A stretch of DNA of 64,000 bases, taken from the NCBI GenBank assembly GCA_946965045.2, contig OX337231.1, forward strand, positions 3,224,001 to 3,288,000. The letters are read 5' to 3'. The translations under genes were made by a program, and so were the position numbers. Source of the DNA: Epithemia pelagica (lineage: Eukaryota; Protista; Bacillariophyta). Shown here in pieces: positions 46,184 through 57,837 of the stretch (within the stretch, counting starts at the first letter, position 1; the number at the start of each line of letters is the position of its first letter). The notes under the pieces were generated by a model. That model made no database searches and had not been told where the DNA came from. It saw nothing but the letters and a program-made list of their open reading frames with translations.

Positions 46184-46882
46184 TTGCTTGTCATTCTTAC
46201 GATGTATCACATAGCGAAGGACATAATACAAAGGAAGAAAGAGAAGTTTCACAATTCGCCAGGCCTGAACGGCAGGAACGATCATAATCACGACGAATCA
46301 CTGAGGCAGAAAGACGACTCAGCGAAACAAGCACCCGACGAACTCAGAATTCATTGGCCGTCGTCTTTTGCACAGTTAATTTTCTGCGAAAAGAAACATG
46401 TTATCCACCATCAAGGATCATGTGTAACGAGTAGAAGATTGAGTATGGAGGATAACAAAGCAACACTTGGAAACTCCCCTGGTACCCGTCGTCGAAAATC
46501 GATGGACGACGTCAAGCGAGCTATGGCAAATCTTCCTACAGGAAAGAAACTATGGAAGAAGGCTTCTCACGACGTATACATTCAAAAACTAGTATCTGGG
46601 TCTCGTTCTTTTGAAAACCTTCCGCCTACAACTGGAACCAGGCACACTTCATCAAAATTGGGAAAAACAATGCCGTCTCCTAGACCTTCTCAGTTTCGAA
46701 ATAATGTTACGCATGAAACAGAGGCACGCAACGACGCAAGTCCACGGAAATTCTATCGATTTATTCCCAAAGCTCCATTTTCCCGTCGGTATCGGAAATC
46801 TATGGATAGGGAAACAGAGGTGGTGGTTTTCGATGACACTCCATCGACTGATCAAGTACACTATGTACCATTGCTCACATGA
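46184..46882 (+). CDS. Hypothetical basic, low-complexity protein
   Basis: 232-codon ORF with no recognisable domain. Confidence 0.4.
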   Translation: MLVILTMYHIAKDIIQRKKEKFHNSPGLNGRNDHNHDESLRQKDDSAKQAPDELRIHWPSSFAQLIFCEKKHVIHHQGSCVTSRRLSMEDNKATLGNSPGTRRRKSMDDVKRAMANLPTGKKLWKKASHDVYIQKLVSGSRSFENLPPTTGTRHTSSKLGKTMPSPRPSQFRNNVTHETEARNDASPRKFYRFIPKAPFSRRYRKSMDRETEVVVFDDTPSTDQVHYVPLLT

Positions 46883-47347
46883 AATGGTTTTCATCTTCTG
46901 TTTTATATGTTTTCATGTCATTGTGATTTGTACAACAATTGTTGTCGATGGAATGGAAGCTTCATTCGTAAGAGTAAATGTTTGGGGGAATAGATCAGAA
47001 ATAGACAAGGATTACTACTCCTATGAGGGAAAACGTCCTGTTTCAACATGAAGGCCGCATGGCATTCCGCAGCTCGCAGTTGAGCACACAAGTGTTAAAG
47101 ATAAAGTCGCATTTTACGATAAAAGAGCTCATATATACTGTATTAGCTTGCGTAAAATCATTTGTATCTAGCCTTAGCGAACCAAACAGTGAACCAAGTC
47201 ATCTTTGGACTCATCAGTACTCCCCTCATTCGTGCACTGCCTCATAGGCTTCGTACAAGCGCGCTTGTGCAACGTATCGAATCTCATGACTGTACGCAAA
47301 AAGAACCTCTTCGAAAACAGTGTAGCAATCGTTCCGTAAACCTCAAC

Positions 47348-50107
47348 TCATTTGCGCCACAACTTTCCTTGTGCTCCTTTGTGTCCAGAATCTGTTGACG
47401 ACGATGCCACCCTCAAAGAAGCCGCGTCCATTTCACCTTCGGAAGCAGATGCTGGAGACGCAGCTTGAGTTGTTTCGCGTGCCAGCAACTTGTCAAAGCG
47501 GTTTTCCGTCGCCAGCAGTTTAACTGCTTCGGTCACCTGTACATCTTTCTTAACACCTCGTTCAATCAACATTCTCTCTGGTACGTATCGTGCCAAGATA
47601 CTCTGCGATATGTCTTCTTTGATATCCTCGCGGTATTTGTCGAAATCGCGTTGAATATCACGGACAATACTCGCTTGTAACGCTTCCACTTCCCGTTCCG
47701 AACCCTTGTAACCACTGGCCTTTAATGTTTTCTTTAACTCGTCCAAGGATTTGCTGTAGAGGACCTCCAGCTGCATATCACCGACTCGCTGCTTTTCTGC
47801 AACAAAGCTTTGAAAGCTTCGGTACGTATCGTCGTCCACTCGGAAGTTGTTCGTCAGCTCATGAGTTCTGCTCCAATCAGCAGCAAAATCTGACATTACA
47901 CCCGATCGTAACAATACCAGTTCAAGCGCAGACGACTGTTTCGAAACAAGAGATGAATTGATCAGCAACAAGACAGAAATATCATTCGATCGGTCCATCG
48001 TCACTTCGGTGACGATCTGATTGTCCAGGCTCGTCTTGAAATATGCAGATCTAACCTACCTTGGGAGCATCCACTTTGAAGTCTGCTTCAATTCCTCCTC
48101 CATCACGAACCACACGACCATTCTTGGTGTAAAATACCGCTCGCTGCTTCTTTGGAATCTTACTGGCCGTGTATTTACCATCTTCTTCGCGCAAGCCTCC
48201 GCCTTCTTTGTAGTTGACTCCTTGAATGCAGCGCCCGCTGGGTGTATAGTATTTGGCCACTGTAAATTTCAACGCTGTGCCAAAGGGAAGCTCTTCGACA
48301 TTTTGGACCAGACCTTTTCCAAATGTACGGTCGGATCCAACAATGATACCCACATCCAAATCCTGTACGGCTCCCGATACAATCTCGGCGGCCGACGCTG
48401 TCCCCCGATTGACCAAGACTGCCAATTTCGTGCTGGGATCCAACACTGGATCGACACGGCTCCGGTACAGTACACCGGGAAAGCCTCGTCCCTTGGCCGA
48501 AACAATGTCACTTCCCTTGGGGACCAACAGAGAGGCTACATCGACGGCCGACGTCAATAGACCACCCGGATTGCCACGCATATCCAACACCAGGCCTTGT
48601 AGAGAATGGGAACCATCTGATGCGTCTTCCGAAACCTGTTGGAGGAATCGGATCGCGTTGCGCATTTCCCTTCCGGTATCCGACGCAAACCCCGACAGTT
48701 GAATGTACCCAATACCATCCTTGGGATCACCGAGCAGGGTGGCCAATTTGACATCCCGCACACTCACAACTGACCGTGGCATGGTAATGGTTTGGATCCC
48801 CGAAACACCCTCTCGTTCAAAACTAATGCTCACCGAGGTTCCCGGTTCCCCCCGCAATTTATTGCGAACGTCCTCGACGGTCATTTCCGCCGTGATGGGT
48901 TGTTCATCCACGGCCACCAATTTATCTCCCACTCGCATTCCTATTGAAACGAAGCATAGAAACCAAATGGCAGAGACAACGAAAATGATTTCGAGAGTGC
49001 GTGAGAACGAGGCCCCCATGTGGTAGGTCTGTAGAATAGGGCGACCACACGTGTCGTCTACGTACCATAGTCAAAGGCATAATTTTCAAAGGCATTCACG
49101 ACTCGAATGCCTTGTTTTTGCGCCTTGGTTCGGAGGCGTTCTTCTTGTTGGCGTTCCCACAACTCATCGGTATCCAAATCATCCTCCTCGTCCTCATCCT
49201 CCAGAAAGAGTGGCGTGGGTCGTTCACCACCTGCCTTGTTGTTCCTGTTGGAGGAAGGCGACGAGGAAATGGGTTGTCCCTCCATGGGACTGCTCGCACC
49301 ATCGACTGGAGTAGGGGGCGCTAGCATTGGGGAAGATTGTTCCATATCCTCCAACAATGGATCCGCCGCCGGCTGTTGCTCTGTTGTTTTCTGCAGTTGC
49401 TCTTCCGAGTCGTTTCCATTGTTGTTGATGGGTTTGGCTTGTGTGTTTCCCGAAATGACCAAGCCAACGCCGCCGTATTTGCCTTCAATGCTTTCCGTGA
49501 GTTGGACGGCTTCCTGCGGTCCTTCGTATTCGGTATAGGGATCCAAGGATCGGAGCATGGCCGAAACGCCCGTTTCAAAGAGTTTGTTGGTATCCACGGG
49601 ATCCACATAGCTCTGTTCCAAATCGGTCAAAATGGTTTCAAAGAGCGTCACGGGTTTGGACAAGCTTTCCACCTCGTGATAAATTTGAGCAAACAGGACG
49701 CTGGTGGCAAATATGGTTCCTCCGACAAAACTCAGAGCCACCCATCGGAATTGCACGACAAATCCCCAGGCCTTATCACCGAATTCTCTCAAGGGCTGTG
49801 GTAACCAAAAAAGTGTAATGGTTTCGTCCTGGCTCTCCGACTCTACGATTGATTTTTGGTCGTCGTCGTCCTCCTTGAATGAATTGTTGGGTGTTTCTTT
49901 TTCTTCTGGTGCTTCTCCAGTGTCGTTGGATGCTGAACCGTGCAACATGACATTGCTGTGTCTACCATACCAAGTTGAGGCACCCAATGATTTTGGAGAA
50001 CTATTTTCTGTGAAAAGGCTGAGCACAAGGATGCGCCAGAAACGAAACAAAGAATCGAAACAAACGACAAGAACCATGGTTAGCATCCTATTCAAATGTC
50101 CCGGCAA
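47348..50107 (-). CDS. ctpA: C-terminal processing peptidase (S41A, CtpA/Prc-like) with PDZ domain; 3 exons
   Basis: LDPYTEY, YGGVGL (PDZ), DMRGNPGGLL, catalytic TASAAEI and TFGKG, KYYTPSGRCIQ; ORFs linked by GT-AG gaps near 49063-48950 and 48058-47980. Confidence 0.88.
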
Positions 50108-50894
50108 ACCTGAATGAGCTCATTCCAAGTTCCCTGGTGGCATTGGTTTGTTTCACCTTGGTAGACGTACTTGCGACAAACGGCCACGGATTTTGGTGTT
50201 GACGACGACTTGGAAACAAAGGCATTTGTGACGCATGCCGTCGATAGAAGAGCCACCACGACCAAGTACATCCGGTTCCATGGGCAAGTCTTGGTACGCC
50301 TGCCACAAGCGGGCATTGGTTTCTGGATATCCTTGCCATCCTCCTGTCGTGGATAGGATGGGGAGAACGACGACGGCGTCATTTCGACCACAACTGAGAT
50401 TTCGATTTCGACGTAAAGCAAATGACAACCAAAACCACTCTACTCTTTCCTGGATGGTGCTCGGAAGGAGAATGCAATGAATGACCTTTCTTGTTGCAAT
50501 ACAGAAACGTGCTTGGTGGTGGTTGGTAATACAGGAGGGTCTCGGGATCAAGAGTATGATTCTCGGTCGACAGATGACAACATCTTTGATGGACAGAACA
50601 ACAGAACAAATGCCGACTGCTGACTGATGCCAACAACCAAAACCCTCTTGTCAAAAATTCCCACAGAACAACAACAGATGTGGTCACGTCGTGATGACGT
50701 GTGCCGCAGATGTGGATTGTTCTCGCAATTCGTGACTTCGGTGGAGGAACCCGGGACTACAAAAGGTCCGTCAGGCGTCCGTCAAAGTACCGCGACCGCT
50801 CAACAAGATCCACTGACCACATATTCGACAACGACCATGGACATGGAGATCTTTCGTCCATCCACAATCCACAATCCACTCGTCCATCCACAGC

Positions 50895-51881
50895 ATGTTA
50901 CCATCACGTTCGTGTTCGGCAGCAATTGTACCATTGCAACGATATTCGCGTTCCAGTATTGTCAAACATGTCGTTGTCGACACTGCGGTACGGCAGCTTC
51001 CGAAACGAACGCCTCAGCTCGCGGTTGTTGTCCCATCGTCCAGTCCTCGGTGGTCCACCGTTGCGGCTCGACGAAGACCACTCTCCACATCTCAACAACA
51101 ACAGCAGCAGCAACAACAACAACAGCAACAAGCGGTACATAAGGAAATTCTGGAGGTGATTGGTCGAAAAACAAATCGAATGAAATCGTCCTCGGCCGAA
51201 TCCACGACAGTTGCGAAGCACAGTGCCGCATCGACCAAGGGAACCACCACGCCCGAGAGACCTTCACCTCCACCACCACCATCATCGTCGTCGTCGCCGT
51301 CCACGAATACTGACGCTGCGACGCAACGACGGGACCGCATCATGTGGATTGCCACCATTACCTTTGTGACAACCGTCCTCACGGCACAATACCTCCGGGT
51401 CGAAAGCATGAACAATCAAATCAAGGCCGAAATTGCGGAATGCGATCAACGAAACGATGCCCTGCTGGACCAATTGCGATCCATGTTTTCGGCCGACACG
51501 ATCCAGAACTTGGCCGACGCATGTTACGACGAAGTGCAACAACACCAACAACAACAACAACTCGTAGCCGCACAAGGTGGGTCGTCGTCCTCGTGGACCC
51601 GCTGGTGGCGCCCCGCACAACCACCAGGAAACGTTGCGTCACGAAACGAAGCGGAACTCAAGGCACGATATGTGACCATTATTCAACAAGAAATGGAAAA
51701 GTTGGTTCAGGAAAATGAATTGATGGATTCCGAGACCATGAAGGATCTGGATGTCGTGCGCGTGTTAAAAGAAGAGGAGGAAACGCAACAAACTGGTCCA
51801 GAATCGGGCCATGATCCAGAAGCGGTCGACGCACAAGTGCCTTTGGTCCCTCACAAACAACAAGAGAGTTTCACAATGTAA
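50895..51881 (+). CDS. Hypothetical single-pass membrane protein with polyQ tracts and coiled coil, possible mitochondrial presequence
   Basis: Arg/Ser-rich N-terminus, Q12 tract, TM IMWIATITFVTTVLTAQYL. Confidence 0.55.
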   Translation: MLPSRSCSAAIVPLQRYSRSSIVKHVVVDTAVRQLPKRTPQLAVVVPSSSPRWSTVAARRRPLSTSQQQQQQQQQQQQQAVHKEILEVIGRKTNRMKSSSAESTTVAKHSAASTKGTTTPERPSPPPPPSSSSSPSTNTDAATQRRDRIMWIATITFVTTVLTAQYLRVESMNNQIKAEIAECDQRNDALLDQLRSMFSADTIQNLADACYDEVQQHQQQQQLVAAQGGSSSSWTRWWRPAQPPGNVASRNEAELKARYVTIIQQEMEKLVQENELMDSETMKDLDVVRVLKEEEETQQTGPESGHDPEAVDAQVPLVPHKQQESFTM

Positions 51882-52092
51882 TACTCATGTCTACATTATT
51901 ATTCTGGAGAGATACGAAATAACTTTGAGTTTTGGTATATAAAAATGTACACTTCTTTCATGATGCTCTCTTGGAATAACCTATCAATTTGTTCTACATG
52001 TAGAAGTTTTCTACATTTCTTAGCACATTGTCATTGTCACACACTTTACACTATATCAAGTATTTGTCAAGATTATATTCTATAGGGCTCTA

Positions 52093-53775
52093 TTATTTAA
52101 AGTCATGAGCAATGAATGATGAATTCTCAATCTCACGAAACGAAGCCGAACGGTCTTCTTGAAGCAATCGTCGCACCGACGCATCTTGAACCAGTGCCTT
52201 ACGTGCATGTTCGACAACACTGGCATCGCTGACGCGGTGTGGTGCCGAACGGAGTACCGAGCTGCGGCGACGGGAAAGACGAGGACGAGGACGTTGCCCC
52301 TCTTGCGCACTGGCGAGATTGGTCAATTTGTCAATTTGACTCTCCACAAGGTCCTTGTACCAACCTCGCAATTCCGTGAGACTGTACGAAGACTTGCTTT
52401 CCTTTTCATCATACAGGCTGATAAATTGAAAGCCAATGTATCCGATTGTGGCCTTGACCTCTTGAATTGTCTCCTCATTCACGTTTTGCAAAGGAAGATT
52501 TTCAATAAAGATACCGAGCCAATACAACACATAAAAGAGAAACAATCCAGTACTTGGCAGACTTTGACGAAATGCTTTCTCCAGGTATGCTTCATCTTTT
52601 GACCCTTGCTCGACCATTGCCTGCGTGTACGCATCAAAGAAATCAATATTGCACTGAAGCAAGCTCAACGCAACATCCTTGTGACCCTGAGCTGCATGCG
52701 CCATGGCACAAGCAATCGGCCAAGCTTGAAAAAGGCCCACATCCTTTCCCAAGGGCCCCATGATGGACATTTCCCAATCACACAACACGAAGTCCCCGCT
52801 TTTTCCAAACTGATCCATGTTTTCCACGTCGGGCTTTTGTTCAACAAGCATATTGAATTGATGAAAGTCGTTGTGGCAAAGAACCTCGCGACACTCCAAC
52901 AGCTCGTTGCGTTGGGTCTCAACAAGATTGGCATATCGCTCACTTCCCATATCTTTTGCGAGTTTTAGGGCAAAGTCGGCGGATTCATAGGGAACGGCTG
53001 CCATCTTGTCCAAAACTTCCTGCTTCACCGCTGGAAACAAACTCGCAAGCGTCGGTCGTACATTATCGTTCCAACTGGGATCGACAGGCTGTAGATTGAG
53101 AGCCGCGATTGTTTGGCCAAGACCTTTGACCACTCTCGTGTCAACTGTACCATCAATGAATTGATTGGCAAATTGTTCATCGGTTGCCACCCACTCTGTC
53201 ACAAATAGTTTGACGTCTTCTTTTACATCAACCATGAAGTATGGTGTCGCAACATGTGCTTTCTTTGCACCACCCATGGCCTTGGCAAAAGTTTCCATCA
53301 TTTCGAATTCATTAATCGTTCTTTGCAAATCGTACTTGACTGTGCGGTCTGGGTTCCAGAGAGCGTAGTTGAATGCAAGTTTAGCGTACAAGACAGGATT
53401 CTTTTCTCCATCCTTTGGAAAGAAGACCTTGTAAGAATAGTTTGTTTTACCACCAGAAATGATGCTGCATGATAGCTTCTCCCCCCGGTTCATTCTCGCA
53501 CCAATAGCATTCAGGTCAGCAAACTCGGTTTTTCCAACAGTGCAATATTCCGAGATTGTCTTCAGGACCAACTCCTTCTTTTCTTCCCTATCAGCATCGT
53601 TCAGGGCTTCCAATTGTTTCAATTCCTGTTCAGTGGACATGTTTTTGGTTTTGATGCAATGTTCTTGTTTTGTTGCTTTGAGTTTTGAGTTCTCTTTTTT
53701 TGTGGAGAGCTGCAGATCTTTCTCGCAGTATATTTTTGATTCGGGCTTGGCTTGGTAACCTTGCGGATATGGCAC
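52093..53775 (-). CDS. APH/choline-kinase-fold phosphotransferase, 5-methylthioribose kinase-like
   Basis: GGKTNYSYKV, LYAKL, LCHNDFH, CDWEMSIMGPLGKDVG; likely start MSTEQE near 53640. Confidence 0.75.
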   Translation of the reverse strand: MPYPQGYQAKPESKIYCEKDLQLSTKKENSKLKATKQEHCIKTKNMSTEQELKQLEALNDADREEKKELVLKTISEYCTVGKTEFADLNAIGARMNRGEKLSCSIISGGKTNYSYKVFFPKDGEKNPVLYAKLAFNYALWNPDRTVKYDLQRTINEFEMMETFAKAMGGAKKAHVATPYFMVDVKEDVKLFVTEWVATDEQFANQFIDGTVDTRVVKGLGQTIAALNLQPVDPSWNDNVRPTLASLFPAVKQEVLDKMAAVPYESADFALKLAKDMGSERYANLVETQRNELLECREVLCHNDFHQFNMLVEQKPDVENMDQFGKSGDFVLCDWEMSIMGPLGKDVGLFQAWPIACAMAHAAQGHKDVALSLLQCNIDFFDAYTQAMVEQGSKDEAYLEKAFRQSLPSTGLFLFYVLYWLGIFIENLPLQNVNEETIQEVKATIGYIGFQFISLYDEKESKSSYSLTELRGWYKDLVESQIDKLTNLASAQEGQRPRPRLSRRRSSVLRSAPHRVSDASVVEHARKALVQDASVRRLLQEDRSASFREIENSSFIAHDFK

Positions 53776-54326
53776 AGAAAACGGGGCCCAATCATCGACT
53801 TTGTGTAGGATCCGCTACACTACCTAAGCCGCTTTGTGGGGGATTGCAAGGCAGTTGTTGGTTTTGGGGGTCTTGGTCTTGGGTCATACCACACCTACCT
53901 AGTTTGAAAGCGCGATGCGAGATCGTTCCTCCGGGTATCCATGACAAGGACAGATTAGAGAGATACTCCGGAACATCGCGAAATTGCCTTTTGTGCGCCT
54001 GGTCCGCAACGTCGACAAGATGACAATCGTAGCAGTGGCTCGTAACAGGTAGAACTGTAGCTTAAACTGTTGACCTCAATAGATACAATCAATTAGCATC
54101 CAAATAGATAACTAGAACATTCAGTAGCAACCGAATAAGATTGAGTCGCAGAACTAGTAGCTACAGAGTTTAAAAATTTGTCCAAGACCCAAGACATAGA
54201 GTTGGTGTGAGCGACTCGGGGATCAGCACATAAAGAAGACAGAATCATTGCTAAGAAGGCTCAAGCTAAAAATTCAAACCGGGATATTAAATTGTCATGG
54301 ATCAGTCCTACTTACTACGTGCTCTA

Positions 54327-54735
54327 CCGTTTAGCTCTGATCTGCCGATTAGCTCCGATCTGCCGATTAGCTCTGATCTGCCGATTAGCTCCGATCTGCC
54401 GTTTAGCGCCTTTTTGCCGTTTAGCGCCTTTCTGCCGTTTAACGCCTTCTAGTACAAAATCCTACGTGTTTTCTCGTAGCTCCTTCCGTTTAGCGCCTTT
54501 CTGCCGTTTAGCTCCGATCTGCCGTTTAGCTCCGATCTGCCGTTTAGCTCCGATCTGCCGTGTAGCTCCAATCTGCCGTTTTGAGTTTTCAGCTTATCCT
54601 CATTATTTGGCTAGCTTCACCGTTTAGCTCCGATCTGCCGTTTAGCTCCGATCTGCCGTTTAGCTCCGATCTGCCGCGTAGCTCCAATCTGCCGTTTTGA
54701 GTTTTCAGCTTATCCTCATTATTTGGCTAGCTTCA
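54327..54735. repeat. 18-bp minisatellite (about 16 units, CCGTTTAGCTCCGATCTG and CCGTTTAGCGCCTTTCTG variants) with a 116-bp higher-order duplication
   Basis: Directly visible units; the block GTAGCTCCAATCTGCCGTTTTGAG...GCTAGCTTCA occurs at 54562 and 54678. Confidence 0.95.
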
Positions 54736-55259
54736 TCGTAGCTAATCCTATGTTGTGTGTGTGTCGTTTGTCTCCATCTCATTTTTTCATTCTATCAGTG
54801 CATTGGTTTGTTGTGTCACATAGCAGTGCATAGCACACGAAGGGCTGAGGATGGAGGATGCACACCGATCACAATTAGCTACGTAGATAAAGAATAACAT
54901 TGCCCTAAATCAATGAACATGGATCGCACTCAATCGTAATCTTGATAGTTTCTATTATCTTATTCTCGCTAGCTTAGCAGTTTGGTTCCACATCACGGTG
55001 GGTTGGGATTTTGGTTTGCCATTTGCCATCCAATTCTCGACCCAGAACGCAAAACGCAATTTCGCGGTGTTCCTCCTAGGAATAGAAGACATTAACTGTT
55101 GGGCACCTCCATGTCCCATCTAAATTAGAAGAGAGAGATTGAAAATGATGGCACCATCATGGATCATGGTGGGTACACACAGGGTTCTATCGCTGCTCTC
55201 TAAGTTTCGTTAGCAGTTGCCCCACTCCATATGTTTTACAGATATCTTCTTGTACAACA

Positions 55260-55795
55260 CCATTCTGACAAGGGTGACAAGGGCAATGGATGCACTCGAT
55301 AGACTCAAGACTCCGAGATGCTCTTGATCGCAACTTATTACTCCAATAAGTCTTATTACGTATTCCCGTCATATCTGTGTTAGCGCCAGCGCCGTAAGCC
55401 TACCGTTGGTCTTGGGTGATTCTACGTCACAAAGCGAGGCACATACTGCTTTCGTTCATCTGGGTACCATGATTAAAGAGAAAACACACATCATGATCAT
55501 GGCATCGGAGTCCCATTCTTAATCTCCATGTCCCGTCGAGAGGTAAGCTCAAGACAAGAGCCTTGCATTTGCTCCATACAGGTCGGCACAGACAAAGTTC
55601 TCTCCTTTCTCTCCACGCTTTGCCGTCACTTGTCTAAAGTTGGCAGACCCGATCTGTTTTACATATGTCCTAGAACGCCACTCTAACGACTGGTAACAAG
55701 GTGCATCGATGCTCCTGACCAATGTTACCAAGACGCCAAGATCTTCTTGATCGCAACATTTTACTTCAATCAATCTTGTTTATTTATTCACCATG
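55260..55795. repeat. Degenerate direct repeat (about 110 bp, copies about 420 bp apart)
   Basis: 55260-55372 and 55685-55795 share e.g. CTTGATCGCAAC.T..TACT.CAAT.A.TCTT.TT and ACAAGG...GATGC.C. Confidence 0.55.
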
Positions 55796-55890
55796 ACTGC
55801 GTAACCTTGTATCTCCTTTCAGAAATCGTACACAGCCTTCGCGAGATCGCATCCATTTGATCAAACGCCTCGCAGCCGAAAAAGTCCCTC

Positions 55891-57837
55891 CTAGCTATAT
55901 TCTTGCTTCACGACAGAGTTCTCTGGTTCACCTTGCGGTCTCTCAGTATCCTTGGCCGAGGGAGCCGCAATTTTGCGTGGCGGGAGGGCAATCGGAGGCA
56001 CTCGAACTCGTGCGCCCTCTTGGAGACCTCTCTGATAGTCAACCATGTACGACAATGCCCCACATTGACTAGCTAGCAAGGAAGCCGTAGCTTGTGTCTG
56101 AGCCGACGTCAGGGCACCGATCCGAGAACGACCACGACTCCGCAATATATCGTTCAGCACAGGATCAGTGTCTTCCAACGGTGGACACTCCAGACTTACC
56201 CGAATTCGAACCTGCACGGGGAAGGGTGAAGATGTGGCATTCGGATTCTTTGAAAATGCTGCAGGCTCAATGTTCATTCTGGACGGTGTCAAGGCTTCAA
56301 AAATTCCAAATAAGAGTCGATCTGTCACATTGAACAAAAAAATTGTTGTTCCGGGTACAATGGCCGCGGCAGCAGCCGCTTTCATATGAGCTGGTAGGCC
56401 GAGAATACCACGTCCAAGGCATTCGTCCATTGTATCACTGCTGCAACCAAAAATGAAGCCAGGACCTGGTGCCACTGGCCAGGCAATTTCATCTGGTTGT
56501 GGTGCCCGGAAGTCAGTCAACAATGCATCGGGCGCCGGAGGATCCTCTTCTCCGGCCCACGACTCGTAAAGAGTGACGAGTGGAGCATTCCAAATTGCTT
56601 TCATAAGAGACTCTCCCGTCGTACTGGACATATCCTGACAATATTGGGTTTGTCGTGTCGGTAGCAAGAGATCCGGTGCCGCTTCCAAAGCAGTATCTAC
56701 CAAAAGCTCTGTAGTTCTGTACCACTCCAGTTTAATTCGATAACAGAAGGGATCCTCTTCACTCATTCCGTCATGCGCCAGGTCGGCATATTTTTGATAC
56801 ACTGCCATGGACGTCATGAGTGCTGCACCCTGAATATGCCTCGAATCGCTGACCATAAAAAACAACATGACTTGTTTTCGACCATCATGATACGATTGAT
56901 TCAATCTTTCTGCATGCTTTCTTTGAACAAACCACTCGCCCCGGACAGTGCTAATGGCCAGATCTTCCAGCGATGCAGCTCGAAGTATGTAAAAGTGTGC
57001 CTGTTCCGGCTCCAAGATGGGACTTGGCTTACCGCCACCAGACGCCCCACCCGTATAATAGTCCACAGTTGTATTGTCTGTATTCGCAAACATGTTTTCC
57101 GTCAATTCTGTCCCACCTCCTTCACCTTGATCTCCATCCTGACCTTGTTGTCCTGGATTGTCGCCTTGTCCGCGTCGAGGAAAACTTCGAAGTTCAGCCT
57201 CACCATGTGCAAAATGGCAGCCTTCACCAAACGGACATTCTCCTTGCATGAAATGCTTGCATAAACTTATTTTGTAAAATTCATTTGGCTTGGGTGCGGG
57301 TCGTCTTGGTGCCGTCACACATTGTGGCCCTCCAGCTCCTCCATCCTTGTTGGCTTGCATCTGTGACAATCCCAGTGTAAAATCGGCTACTACGGGTAAG
57401 TCTTCTCTGTTGCGTCGAATGTGTTTGTATCTACAAAAGGGACCATGAATGCAAAAGCCCTGCGAATAAAAGACACATTCCATACGATTGGCCTCGCTAA
57501 TGTGTCGGAACGGGCAGTCCTTGATTTTACATCGTTCCCCGTGTCGACACAATGGCATTTTACTGAGATCGTATTGGTGTAGAAATTCGCACGCGGCCCC
57601 TTTCATGCACAAGTCTCGCAACCAATGTCGGCACACGACCGTTCGCAATCGAGGATCATGTTTGGCGCTGGTTAGCACGGGCTCGGCTTCCTCCCCCGTG
57701 CCAAAGACAGAACCTGCCTTTCTATAGGGAAGGGGATCTAATGTTTCTGGAATCCCATGCTCTAGTACGAAATTTTCAAAGTCGTATTCGACTTGATCTG
57801 CGGTGAGAGGCTGCGACGAGGGAACAACTCCAGCCGT
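55891..57837 (-). CDS. CPSF30: CPSF30/YTH1 homologue: CCCH zinc fingers + YTH + DCD domain
   Basis: RTVVCRHWLRDLCMKGAACEFLHQYDLSKMPLC is the CPSF30 signature; YTH-like HFYILRAAS...GEW...VMLFF.V.DS.HIQGAA; DCD-like GFIFGCSSDTMDECL...FLFN...LFGIFEA...NIEP.AF...FP.QVR. Confidence 0.85.
   Translation of the reverse strand, partial: TAGVVPSSQPLTADQVEYDFENFVLEHGIPETLDPLPYRKAGSVFGTGEEAEPVLTSAKHDPRLRTVVCRHWLRDLCMKGAACEFLHQYDLSKMPLCRHGERCKIKDCPFRHISEANRMECVFYSQGFCIHGPFCRYKHIRRNREDLPVVADFTLGLSQMQANKDGGAGGPQCVTAPRRPAPKPNEFYKISLCKHFMQGECPFGEGCHFAHGEAELRSFPRRGQGDNPGQQGQDGDQGEGGGTELTENMFANTDNTTVDYYTGGASGGGKPSPILEPEQAHFYILRAASLEDLAISTVRGEWFVQRKHAERLNQSYHDGRKQVMLFFMVSDSRHIQGAALMTSMAVYQKYADLAHDGMSEEDPFCYRIKLEWYRTTELLVDTALEAAPDLLLPTRQTQYCQDMSSTTGESLMKAIWNAPLVTLYESWAGEEDPPAPDALLTDFRAPQPDEIAWPVAPGPGFIFGCSSDTMDECLGRGILGLPAHMKAAAAAAIVPGTTIFLFNVTDRLLFGIFEALTPSRMNIEPAAFSKNPNATSSPFPVQVRIRVSLECPPLEDTDPVLNDILRSRGRSRIGALTSAQTQATASLLASQCGALSYMVDYQRGLQEGARVRVPPIALPPRKIAAPSAKDTERPQGEPENSVVKQEYS

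Noticed and set aside
54292-54627. 111-aa ORF of ICRLAP repeats
   Set aside because: Arises from the 18-bp (multiple of 3) minisatellite; no coding support.
32927-54735. The two repeat arrays as ends of one giant transposon
   Set aside because: The first array has its own TIRs and TSD, and the intervening 21 kb holds ordinary genes.
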